In this document: positions 37,201-46,011 of the stretch, piece after piece
How the letters are laid out: every line of letters starts with the position of its first letter
Position numbering within the stretch: position 1 is the first letter of the stretch
NCBI GenBank assembly: GCA_012519615.1
Contig: JAAYPW010000115.1
Location: forward strand, 29,009 to 93,008
Source: Fusobacteriota bacterium
GTDB taxonomy: Bacteria > Fusobacteriota > Fusobacteriia > Fusobacteriales > JAAYPW01
Direction: 5' to 3'
DNA: 64,000 nt
The notes under the pieces: model-generated
The model's input: the letters and a program-made list of their open reading frames with translations, nothing else
Databases searched by the model: none
Told to the model about the DNA's origin: nothing
Position numbers and translations under genes: made by a program

Positions 37201-39468
37201 TTGGTAGTTATATCTAGTTTTGGAATACATCTTTATTATAAAGTTCCAATAATTTTTGAAAAAAATAATTATAGTACAGTTGTTTTAGATAAAAATGGTG
37301 AGATATTACGTGTTTTTTTAAATGAAAAAGAGGATTGGAAATATCCAGCAATAGATGAACCTATTCCAGAAAAATTAAAAATTGCAACAATTTTATATGA
37401 AGATAAGAACTTTTATAAACATATTGGTATTGATATGAAATCATTACTAAGAGCAATAATGTTAAATATTAAAAACATGAAAAAAGTGAGTGGAGCCAGT
37501 ACAATCACTATGCAGGTATCGAGATTATTAGAACCTAAAAAAAGAACATATTTTAATAAAATTAAAGAAATTATTGTATCTTTTATTATTGAAATTAGGT
37601 ATTCAAAAGATGAAATATTAAGATATTATTTAAATAATGCACCATATGGTGGAAATATTATAGGATATAAAACTGCAAGTTTAAAATATTTTAATAAGTT
37701 ACCAGATAATTTAACATGGTCAGAGGCTGCTTTACTATCTGTATTACCAAATGCTCCAGGATTAATCAATCCTAAAAAAAATCACGATCAATTAATAATA
37801 AAACGGAATAATTTACTAAAAAAACTCTATGAATATTCTATAATAAGCGAATCTGAATACAAGTTATCATTAAGGGAAGGTGTAACAAATATAGTATATA
37901 ATTTTGATTTTTATGCACCACATTTTTGCGAAAAAGTAAAAAGAGAGTGTAAAGAAAATATTATATATACTACAATTGAAAAGCAGTTACAAATAAATAT
38001 AGAAAAAATTTTATATGAATATATTGAAGAATTAAAAGAGATAGGGATTAATAATGGAGCTGTAGTAGTCATTGAAAATAGCTCAAAAAATGTTATTAGT
38101 TATATTGGTTCAAATAATTATTGGGATAAAATTAATGGTGGGATGGTCGATGGAGTTACTGCAAAAAGATCGTCTGGTTCAACTTTAAAGCCTTTTTTGT
38201 ATGCACTCGCAATAGATAAAGGGTTAATTTCATTAGATTCGAAGCTAAAAGATATTCCGTCTTACTATGGAAATTTTTCTCCGCAAAATGCAAGTAGAGA
38301 ATTTCAAGGGATGGTAACAGTAAGAGAAGCACTTATTAATTCGTTAAATACTCCTATTGTTAATTTATTAGATGAGTTTGATTTATTAGAATTTTATAAT
38401 TTTTTTAAAGAGATCAAAATGGATATAAATGATACCTATGGACATTATGGATATTCGATAATTTTAGGTGGTATGGAGGTAAATTTACTAGAGATTTCAT
38501 CTTTATATACAGCTCTAGCCAACTATGGTGATTATAGTAAATTAAAATATATTGTCGACAAAGAGGAAAAATCTAAAAATATATTTTCGCAAGGAAGCTC
38601 TTATCTAATTTTAGACACACTTAAAGATGTTTCACGTCCAGGAGACGAATTCTATTGGGATAAATTTATTAATAAAGATAAAATATCATGGAAAACAGGG
38701 ACTAGTTTTGGAAGACGAGATGGATGGGCTATAGGTATGACACCGAAATACACAGTAGCTGTATGGGTCGGGAATTTCAATGGAAAGGGATCTTATAAAT
38801 TAACAGGTGTAGAGAGTGCAGGAACACTTCTATTTAGGATATTTAATAGTTTAGGTAATGAAAATATAGCAGAATTTACAGAACCAAAAGGAGAATTAAA
38901 GGAGATTTATGTTGATGAGGAAACTGGCTATTTTATAGATAATAGCGTTGAGAATATTGAAATAAATAAGATAAAAATAAAATACCCTACACAAGCAAAA
39001 CAGTTACGTGTTTCACCATATTATAAATATGTTTACTTAGATAAGACATGTGAATATGAGGTTTGTTCAAAATGTTGGAAACATGATAAAGTTTTTAAAA
39101 AAATTCTAGTTTATCCTGTAGATATTATAAATTTTTATCAAAAAAACGGAATAAAATTTCATAAAAAATTCGAACATAATCCAAACTGTAGTACCAATTA
39201 TGAACAAAATTCATTTAATATAATATATCCAAAAAATAATAGTAAAATTTTATTACCTTTAAATAATGAAAATATAAGAGAAACTCTTAATATAAAAACT
39301 AATTTTACAATAGGAAAACTATTTTGGTTTTTAAATAAGGAATTATACATTGAAACAATAAATAAATCTGAAATAAATATGGCTCTACCTTTAGGAGAAA
39401 ATATAATTACAATTATGGATAGTAACGGTTATAAAAAGACTATTAAAATAAAAATAATTTATAATTAA
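37201..39468 (+). CDS. pbpC: Bifunctional class A penicillin-binding protein, PBP1C-like (glycosyltransferase GT51 + transpeptidase + C-terminal PBP1C domain)
   Basis: GT51 motifs EDKNFYKHIGID, GASTITMQVSR, RYSKDEILRYYLNNAPYGGN. Transpeptidase motifs SSGSTLKPFLY, SLN, KTGTS. The true start is unresolved, because the TM-anchor coding sequence continues upstream to the TGA at 37153 without a canonical start codon. Confidence 0.85.
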   Translation: MVVISSFGIHLYYKVPIIFEKNNYSTVVLDKNGEILRVFLNEKEDWKYPAIDEPIPEKLKIATILYEDKNFYKHIGIDMKSLLRAIMLNIKNMKKVSGASTITMQVSRLLEPKKRTYFNKIKEIIVSFIIEIRYSKDEILRYYLNNAPYGGNIIGYKTASLKYFNKLPDNLTWSEAALLSVLPNAPGLINPKKNHDQLIIKRNNLLKKLYEYSIISESEYKLSLREGVTNIVYNFDFYAPHFCEKVKRECKENIIYTTIEKQLQINIEKILYEYIEELKEIGINNGAVVVIENSSKNVISYIGSNNYWDKINGGMVDGVTAKRSSGSTLKPFLYALAIDKGLISLDSKLKDIPSYYGNFSPQNASREFQGMVTVREALINSLNTPIVNLLDEFDLLEFYNFFKEIKMDINDTYGHYGYSIILGGMEVNLLEISSLYTALANYGDYSKLKYIVDKEEKSKNIFSQGSSYLILDTLKDVSRPGDEFYWDKFINKDKISWKTGTSFGRRDGWAIGMTPKYTVAVWVGNFNGKGSYKLTGVESAGTLLFRIFNSLGNENIAEFTEPKGELKEIYVDEETGYFIDNSVENIEINKIKIKYPTQAKQLRVSPYYKYVYLDKTCEYEVCSKCWKHDKVFKKILVYPVDIINFYQKNGIKFHKKFEHNPNCSTNYEQNSFNIIYPKNNSKILLPLNNENIRETLNIKTNFTIGKLFWFLNKELYIETINKSEINMALPLGENIITIMDSNGYKKTIKIKIIYN

Positions 39469-39540
39469 AAAGGAAAAATAAAATTTAAAAGTATATATAA
39501 TATATACTGGTAAATATAATAAAGAATCGGAGGAATAAAT

Positions 39541-41244
39541 ATGAATTTAAAAAATAAATTTTATATTAACTTTTTTGCAATAGGTATAGTAATATTTTCT
39601 ATTTTATATATTATATTTATAAGAGAAAGTATAGAAAAATATTTAGGCTTTATCTTGTCTTTTTTTATAACATTTGGAGTAATTAATTTTATATTTTTTA
39701 GTAGTATAATAAAAAGAATAGAAAATATTACAAAATATATAAAAGATTTAGGTAATGAAAATGCAAAAAAGATACTTAAAAATGACTCTAAAATATTAGA
39801 TGAGATAGGAGAAATTTCAAAAAATTTAAATATATTTATTGATGATGTGGAGTCAATTGTAGTAGAGTCCAATTTTGTAAGTGAAGAAATCGCAAATAGA
39901 AGTATGGATCTTACTGGAATAATTAATTGTATAATTAGTGGAAAAAATGAAGGAAATAGAAACAATATATCTTCATTAAAAAATCAAACAGAAGACATTT
40001 TAAAAGGGGTAGAAAATCAAACTGCATCTACACAGGAGATATCTGCAAATATAAGTGAAATATCATATAATTTAAATAATTTATCTAAAAATACAGAAGA
40101 AACAATGAAATTTTCAAATGAGACTTTAAATTATGCTAAAATAGGGCGTGAATCACTTGAAGAGAGTTTAACTAGCATTCTATCCGTAGAAGATACTGTT
40201 AAAAAAATTGAAAAAAAATCATTAGAGCTTATAAATTCATCTGAAAAAATAGGAAATATTGTAAGTATGATATCACAAATATCAGAAAGAACAAATCTTC
40301 TATCATTAAATGCAGCAATTGAAGCAGCAAGAGCTGGAGAAGCAGGAAAAGGTTTTGCTGTTGTTGCGGAAGAGGTAAGAACATTAGCTGATAACTCAAA
40401 TAGTGCTTCAAGAGAGATTGAAGACCTTATAAGAGTAATTCAAAACGAGATTAGAGAGGTAACGTCAAGTATTAGAGAAACATATACGAAGGTTGAAAAT
40501 AGTCGTGATAATTTTGGAAATACAAGAGAAAAATTTTTAAATATAGTAAGTAAGGTAGATAGTACAAATGAACAGATTGAAAATATATCTAACTCTATTA
40601 TAGAACAAGCAAAATCTATAGATGAGATTGATATAGTAACTAGAAGTATTGCAGAAAATAGTGAAGAGATTGGTCAACTTTCAACAGAACAAAATATCTC
40701 TTTTGATAATATTGCTAAAGAGTTAAATAATGTTTTAAATTATTCTAAAAAAGTATCTGAAATCTCTTTAGGTTTAAAGAATATAGCAAGTTTTTTCACA
40801 GTAAATCTTAATAAATCAGTAAATGAAAGAACAGATTTGGTAAAATGGAGTGAAAAATTTAGTGTTAATGTAGAGCAATTTGATAATGAACATAAAAATT
40901 TATTAAATATAATAAATAAATTAAATAAAGCAACATTAGAAGGGGAAGGAATTAATTCAGTCAACGAAATACTTGATGAATTAATAGATTATACTGCATT
41001 TCACTTTAAAAACGAGGAGGAATTATTTCAAAAATATAAATATCCAAATTATAAAGAACATAAGAAAACTCATGATAGTATAATCGAAAAAGTTCTGGAA
41101 ATGAAAGATAAGTTTAATGAAAATCCTGATGATGAAAATGTTATTTATGAAATAATGGAGCTTCTAAAAAAATGGATTATAAATCATATATTAGGGACGG
41201 ATAAAAAATATAGTGATTTTTTTAAAAATAAAAAAATTAAATAA
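39541..41244 (+). CDS. Methyl-accepting chemotaxis protein with a C-terminal hemerythrin-like domain (DcrH-like)
   Basis: Two N-terminal TM helices with a minimal loop. The MCP signalling hairpin reads [34 protein letters not shown]-terminal hemerythrin motifs: [43 protein letters not shown]. Confidence 0.85.
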   Translation: MNLKNKFYINFFAIGIVIFSILYIIFIRESIEKYLGFILSFFITFGVINFIFFSSIIKRIENITKYIKDLGNENAKKILKNDSKILDEIGEISKNLNIFIDDVESIVVESNFVSEEIANRSMDLTGIINCIISGKNEGNRNNISSLKNQTEDILKGVENQTASTQEISANISEISYNLNNLSKNTEETMKFSNETLNYAKIGRESLEESLTSILSVEDTVKKIEKKSLELINSSEKIGNIVSMISQISERTNLLSLNAAIEAARAGEAGKGFAVVAEEVRTLADNSNSASREIEDLIRVIQNEIREVTSSIRETYTKVENSRDNFGNTREKFLNIVSKVDSTNEQIENISNSIIEQAKSIDEIDIVTRSIAENSEEIGQLSTEQNISFDNIAKELNNVLNYSKKVSEISLGLKNIASFFTVNLNKSVNERTDLVKWSEKFSVNVEQFDNEHKNLLNIINKLNKATLEGEGINSVNEILDELIDYTAFHFKNEEELFQKYKYPNYKEHKKTHDSIIEKVLEMKDKFNENPDDENVIYEIMELLKKWIINHILGTDKKYSDFFKNKKIK

Positions 41245-41260
41245 TGGAAGGTGGTGTAAA

Positions 41261-41285
41261 AAAACTTAGTATTAAACTAAGTTTT
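41261..41285 (+). promoter_or_regulatory. Hairpin separating the SD (AAGGTGGTG, 41248-41256) from the oxidoreductase start codon (41290)
   Basis: Perfect 10-bp stem (41261-41270 pairs with 41276-41285) with loop ATTAA. No SD lies adjacent to the ATG. Confidence 0.5.
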
Positions 41286-41289
41286 AATC

Positions 41290-42465
41290 ATGAAATATTT
41301 AATAATTGGAAATGGAGTAGCTGGAACAGAAGCAAGTTTAATAATTAAAAAAAATAATGAAAATGCAGATATAACTATAATAGATAGTGAAAAACATCTT
41401 TTTTATTATAGACCTCGTTTAATTGATCACTTAGCAGGAAAAATTGATGACGATAAAATCATTGCACACAAACAAAGTATTTATGATAATAATAATATTA
41501 ATATCATTAAAAATACTGAGGTTGTAAATATTGATATTAAAAATAAAATAGTTATATGTGATGATAATACTACATATAAATATGATAAACTTTTAATTGC
41601 TACTGGCGCATCACCGTTAATTCCATCTGTAGAATTGGAAGATAATCATGGAGTATTTGAATTTAGAGATATAGAAGACTCTCATAAAATACGAGAATTT
41701 TGTACCGAAAATAAAGGGGAATATGCTATAATAGGTGGTGGATTGTTAGGTATTGAAACTGCAAACGCTATTATGCAATTAGGTTGTGATGTAAGGATCA
41801 TAGAATTTTATAATAGAATTTTACCTAGACAATTAGATGAGGAAACTTCAAATCTATTAGAAAAAAAGTTATCTGATAAAGGGATAAAATTTAATTTAAA
41901 TTGTAGTGTAGATAAAATTGAGACAATTCATGAAGAAAATAGTATTAAAAAAAGAATAGTTTTAAAAAATGGGGAGTCAATAGTTGTAAATGGTATAATT
42001 TTTTCTACAGGAATATGTCCTAAAATTGAACTATTTAAACAAATTGGAATTCTAACAAACAGAGGTGTAATTGTAAATGAATTTATGGAAACAAATATAA
42101 AAGATATATATGCTGCTGGTGATATTGCAGAGTTTAATAGTATTATATATGGTTTATGGCTACCTTCAAAAAAACAAGGTGAAATTGCTGGAGAAAATAT
42201 GTCTGGAAATAATAAAAAATTTGAATCAATTCCTATGGAAACAAGATTAAAAGTAACAGGAATAAATCTTTTTTCTGTTGGCGACTTCAACAAAAAATTT
42301 GAAGAGATCAAAACATATGATAACGGAGAATCGTTTAAAAAATATTTTATAAATAATAAAAAATTAGAAGCCGCAATAATTATTGGCGACAATAAATTAC
42401 CGCTAATTGTAGGAAAAGTATTAAATGGTCGTGAACCCCTGGAATCATTATATAAATTAGAATAA
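41290..42465 (+). CDS. FAD/NAD(P)H-dependent pyridine nucleotide-disulfide-family oxidoreductase (rubredoxin reductase / NADH oxidase-like)
   Basis: 391 aa with IIGNGVAGTEAS (FAD site), IIGGGLLGIETA (NAD site), LLIATGASP and YAAGDIAEF. Confidence 0.8.
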   Translation: MKYLIIGNGVAGTEASLIIKKNNENADITIIDSEKHLFYYRPRLIDHLAGKIDDDKIIAHKQSIYDNNNINIIKNTEVVNIDIKNKIVICDDNTTYKYDKLLIATGASPLIPSVELEDNHGVFEFRDIEDSHKIREFCTENKGEYAIIGGGLLGIETANAIMQLGCDVRIIEFYNRILPRQLDEETSNLLEKKLSDKGIKFNLNCSVDKIETIHEENSIKKRIVLKNGESIVVNGIIFSTGICPKIELFKQIGILTNRGVIVNEFMETNIKDIYAAGDIAEFNSIIYGLWLPSKKQGEIAGENMSGNNKKFESIPMETRLKVTGINLFSVGDFNKKFEEIKTYDNGESFKKYFINNKKLEAAIIIGDNKLPLIVGKVLNGREPLESLYKLE

Positions 42466-42479
42466 AATAATTATTATAT

Positions 42480-42515
42480 GGTGTTTGAATTAATTTTCGA
42501 ACACCTTTTTATTTT
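42480..42515 (+). terminator. Rho-independent terminator after the oxidoreductase gene
   Basis: GGTGTTTGAA / TTCGAACACC stem with a 6-nt loop, then TTTTTATTTT. Confidence 0.85.
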
Positions 42516-42585
42516 AAAAAATAAAGAAATATTAAAAAAACTTTGATTTTACTAAATAGATAGGAAAATTATCCGATAATTGTAT

Positions 42586-42655
42586 ATAATATAATATAAT
42601 ATAATATAATATAATATAATATAATATAATATAATATAATATAATATAATATAAT
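42586..42655. repeat. Perfect pentanucleotide microsatellite (ATAAT)x14
   Basis: Counted directly: 70 nt, 14 uninterrupted units. The array creates 13 overlapping TATAAT hexamers. It ends 10 nt before the AGGGAG SD of pseB. Confidence 0.95.
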
Positions 42656-42679
42656 TAATAAAAACAGGGAGTGAATGAA

Positions 42680-43687
42680 ATGTTAAATGGTGCAAATGTT
42701 TTGGTAACAGGCGGAACAGGCTCTTTTGGTAAAAAGTTTATTAACATGGCGTTAGATAGATATGATTTGGAAAGATTAATTATATATTCAAGGGATGAAT
42801 TTAAACAAAGTGAGTTAAAGCAAAATTTAAAAATTAAACTAAGCCCAGAAAAATTTAAAAAATTAAGATTTTTTATAGGAGATGTTCGCGATAAGGAGAG
42901 ACTTTTAAGAGCATTTAAAGGAGTTGATTACGTAATACACGCAGCAGCTATGAAACAAATAACAACTTGTGAATATAACCCCTTCGAAGCTATAAAAACT
43001 AATATACATGGAGCACAAAATGTAATTGATGCTGCAATTGATAGAGATGTAAAAAAAGTAGTAGCACTTTCTACAGATAAAGCTGTAAATCCTATAAATC
43101 TTTATGGCGGAACTAAACTTGTATCTGATAAACTTTTTATCTCTGCAAATGCGTATTCAGGTGGAAATGGGACAATATTTTCAATAGTAAGATACGGTAA
43201 TGTTGCTGGAAGTCGTGGTTCAGTAATACCTTTTTTTAAAAAAATGGTGGAAGATGGTGTAAATGAATTACCCATTACAGATTTTAATATGACTCGTTTT
43301 TGGATAACTCTCGAAGAGGGCGTTGAACTTGTTTTTAAAGCGTTATCTGAATCAAAAGGTGGTGAAACATATATTTCAAAAATACCTTCATTTAAAATAA
43401 CGGATTTAGCATATGCAATAAAAGATAACATTAAATTAAAAGAGATTGGAATACGAGAAGGGGAAAAAATAGATGAAGTTATGATAACGAAAGATGATTG
43501 GAAAAATACATATGAATATGAGAAACATTATATAATTTATCCAAGCTTTGAGTGGTGGAGTAAAAAAAATTTTACAAATGGAGGTATTCAAATTGCAAAA
43601 GATTTTGAATACAATTCGGGAAATAATAAAGAGTGGTTATCAGTGGCCGATTTAAAAAAAGCATTAATAACACTAGAAAAATATTAG
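42680..43687 (+). CDS. pseB: UDP-N-acetylglucosamine 4,6-dehydratase (inverting)
   Basis: Motifs VLVTGGTGSFGK, HAAAMKQI, STDKAVNPINLYGGTK and VRYGNVAGSRGSV (FlaA1/PseB-like). AGGGAG SD lies 8 nt before the ATG at 42680; the listed GTG at 42671 is less likely. Confidence 0.85.
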   Translation: MLNGANVLVTGGTGSFGKKFINMALDRYDLERLIIYSRDEFKQSELKQNLKIKLSPEKFKKLRFFIGDVRDKERLLRAFKGVDYVIHAAAMKQITTCEYNPFEAIKTNIHGAQNVIDAAIDRDVKKVVALSTDKAVNPINLYGGTKLVSDKLFISANAYSGGNGTIFSIVRYGNVAGSRGSVIPFFKKMVEDGVNELPITDFNMTRFWITLEEGVELVFKALSESKGGETYISKIPSFKITDLAYAIKDNIKLKEIGIREGEKIDEVMITKDDWKNTYEYEKHYIIYPSFEWWSKKNFTNGGIQIAKDFEYNSGNNKEWLSVADLKKALITLEKY

Positions 43688-43696
43688 GTGAAAACT

Positions 43697-44542
43697 ATGA
43701 AAATAGGAGTAATTATACAGGCACGTGCAACATCGACACGTTTAAAAGGGAAAATTTTTAAGAAATTACCATATAATTCAGATGTTACAGTTTTAGAACA
43801 AGTAATAAGACGAGTAAAGAGGGTTAATATCGTAAATGAAATAATAATTGCCACAACAATTAATAACGAGGATGATTTTATAGAAATTATAGCAAAAAAA
43901 GAAAATGTTAAAATATTTAGAGGATCAGAATTAAATGTATTAGAGAGATTTTATTTAGCTGCTACAGAACATTCACTTAATGTGGTTGTAAGAATAACTG
44001 CAGATTGTCCATGTATTGATTTTGAAGTTATAGAGGATATAATTATGAATCATATAAATTTAGAAAATGATTATACTTCAAATACTTTGATTAGATCATA
44101 TCCACACGGATTAGATGTGGAAGTCTTTAACTATAGTGTATTAAAAGAGGCATATGAAAATGGAAGAAATAATTATGAGATAGAACATGTAACACCGTAT
44201 ATTTATAAATATAATTCTCATAAATTTAAAATTGGTAATGTTTTAGCGAATAATAATGTAATAATGCCAAACTTAAGAATAACCCTTGATACCGAAGAAG
44301 ATTATACATTATTATGTATAATCTATGATTTTCTTTATAAAAAAAATAATTATTTTAATACTATTGATATAGTAAATTTAGTAAAAAAAAGTGATTATTT
44401 ATTAAATATTAATAAAAATATTGTTCAAAAACAAATATTTGATTCGATTTCTGAAGAATATGCTTTTGCAATAGAGATACTAAAAAAGCAAGATTTATTT
44501 AGAATGATTTTATTTTTGGAGGAGTGTTGGAATGATAGGTAG
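43697..44542 (+). CDS. pseF: Cytidylyltransferase (SpsF/PseF-like; probable pseudaminic acid cytidylyltransferase)
   Basis: MKIGVIIQARATSTRLKGK..., RITADCP and context within the pse operon. The assignment rests on family plus context. Confidence 0.65.
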   Translation: MKIGVIIQARATSTRLKGKIFKKLPYNSDVTVLEQVIRRVKRVNIVNEIIIATTINNEDDFIEIIAKKENVKIFRGSELNVLERFYLAATEHSLNVVVRITADCPCIDFEVIEDIIMNHINLENDYTSNTLIRSYPHGLDVEVFNYSVLKEAYENGRNNYEIEHVTPYIYKYNSHKFKIGNVLANNNVIMPNLRITLDTEEDYTLLCIIYDFLYKKNNYFNTIDIVNLVKKSDYLLNINKNIVQKQIFDSISEEYAFAIEILKKQDLFRMILFLEECWNDR

Positions 44543-45956
44543 ATTATATATTTTAACTGAAGCCGGTGGAACATACGGATATGGACATGTTATACGATGC
44601 AATGAATTATATAAAAAAGCATACAGAAAATCTGATTTAGAACTTGTTTTTTTAGTAGAAGGTGTTGAATTTTCAAATGGTATTATTTCTGAAGAATATA
44701 TAGAAAAATTTAACTGGAAAAGAATTGAATTCATAGAAAAATATATTACAGAAAAAGACTATGTGATAATTGATTCATATAATACAAGCGAAGAGTTATA
44801 TCATGAAATTGCGTTAAGAGCAAAAAAAGTAATATATATAGACGATTATAATAGAATAAATTATCCAAGAGGAATTGTTGTTAATCCGTCATTATATGGA
44901 AAAAAACTTGATTATAAATATGATTCACTTAAGCACTATTTAAGTGGAGATGAGTATATAATTTTAAGAAATGAGTTTTACTATGAGTCAAGAAATAATA
45001 TTAATGATGAAGTAAAAAATATACTAATAACATTTGGTGGAAGCGATATACTAAATTTAACACCACTTATTTTAAAAAAAGTAAATGAAATTTCTCCTAA
45101 TTCAAAAAAAATGGTAGTAATTACTGATAATTTTAAAAATTATGAGAAAATATTAGATTATAAAAATGAAAATACTACAATATTAAAAAATATTACTGCT
45201 AGTAAAATGTGTAGACTAATGTTAGATGCAGATATTGCAATATCTGCAGGTGGACAAACAATATATGAGTTAATAAAAACATCTACTCCGTCAATTATTT
45301 TTGAAGTAAGCTATAATCAAAAGTATAATATAAAAGCACTAGAGGATCTTGGAACAATTTTGAAATCAGATATTGATTTATTTGAGGAAAATTTTAAATT
45401 AATTGAAAATTATGATGTACGAGAAAGTTTTTTTAAAAACTGTAATAAAGTTAATATAAAAAACGGTGCTGAAAATATAATTTTTTCACTATTAACTCCA
45501 GAATTAAAATTGAGAAAAGCTGAAAAAAAAGATATAGATTATGTTTATGAATTATCCAATGAAAAAATTGTTAGAGAAAATTCTTTAAATACGCAAAGTA
45601 TTGAATTTCAAAACCATATTGTATGGTTTAATGAAAAAATTAATTGCAAGAACTTTAAATTTTACATTATATACAACGATAACGATAATTTTCTAGGACA
45701 AATGAGGTTTGAAATAAATAATGATGAAGCAACTGTAAGTATTAGTTTAGCTGAAAAAATAAGAGGAAAAAATAACGGAACTTATGTATTAGAATTAGGA
45801 AAACAAGCTCTATTAGAGGAAAATATAGATATAAAAAAATTAATCTCTTATGTTAAGGAAACTAATATAAGTTCATCAAAATTATTCAAAAAATATGGAT
45901 TTATAGAGGTAGAAAATAAGGATAATATTATAAAATATATCTATGATATAAAATAA
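44532..45956 (+). CDS. pseG: Fusion of a PseG-like UDP-sugar hydrolase and a PseH-like GNAT N-acetyltransferase
   Basis: The N-terminal ~320 aa are GT-B/PseG-like (GGTYGYGHVIRC, ITFGGSD, AISAGGQTIYEL). The C-terminal ~150 aa are GNAT-like (LRKAEKKDIDYVYEL ... GQMRFE ... KKYGFIEVE). Confidence 0.7.
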   Translation: MIGRLYILTEAGGTYGYGHVIRCNELYKKAYRKSDLELVFLVEGVEFSNGIISEEYIEKFNWKRIEFIEKYITEKDYVIIDSYNTSEELYHEIALRAKKVIYIDDYNRINYPRGIVVNPSLYGKKLDYKYDSLKHYLSGDEYIILRNEFYYESRNNINDEVKNILITFGGSDILNLTPLILKKVNEISPNSKKMVVITDNFKNYEKILDYKNENTTILKNITASKMCRLMLDADIAISAGGQTIYELIKTSTPSIIFEVSYNQKYNIKALEDLGTILKSDIDLFEENFKLIENYDVRESFFKNCNKVNIKNGAENIIFSLLTPELKLRKAEKKDIDYVYELSNEKIVRENSLNTQSIEFQNHIVWFNEKINCKNFKFYIIYNDNDNFLGQMRFEINNDEATVSISLAEKIRGKNNGTYVLELGKQALLEENIDIKKLISYVKETNISSSKLFKKYGFIEVENKDNIIKYIYDIK

Positions 45957-45979
45957 TAGGTATTGAAAGGGGGAGGAAA

Positions 45980-46003
45980 TATTTTAGAAAAATTTCTAAA
46001 ATA
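45980..46003 (+). promoter_or_regulatory. Hairpin separating the SD (GGGGGAGG, 45969-45976) from the pseI start codon (46012)
   Basis: Palindrome ATTTTAGAAA AA TTTCTAAAAT (45981-46002), extendable by a T-A pair. No SD lies adjacent to the ATG. Confidence 0.5.
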
Positions 46004-46011
46004 GATTAATT

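Noticed and set aside
42586-42655. The (ATAAT)x14 array as a possible CRISPR or mobile-element terminal repeat.
   Set aside because: The units are contiguous 5-mers with no spacers, no cas genes and no flanking inverted repeats. It is a simple microsatellite.
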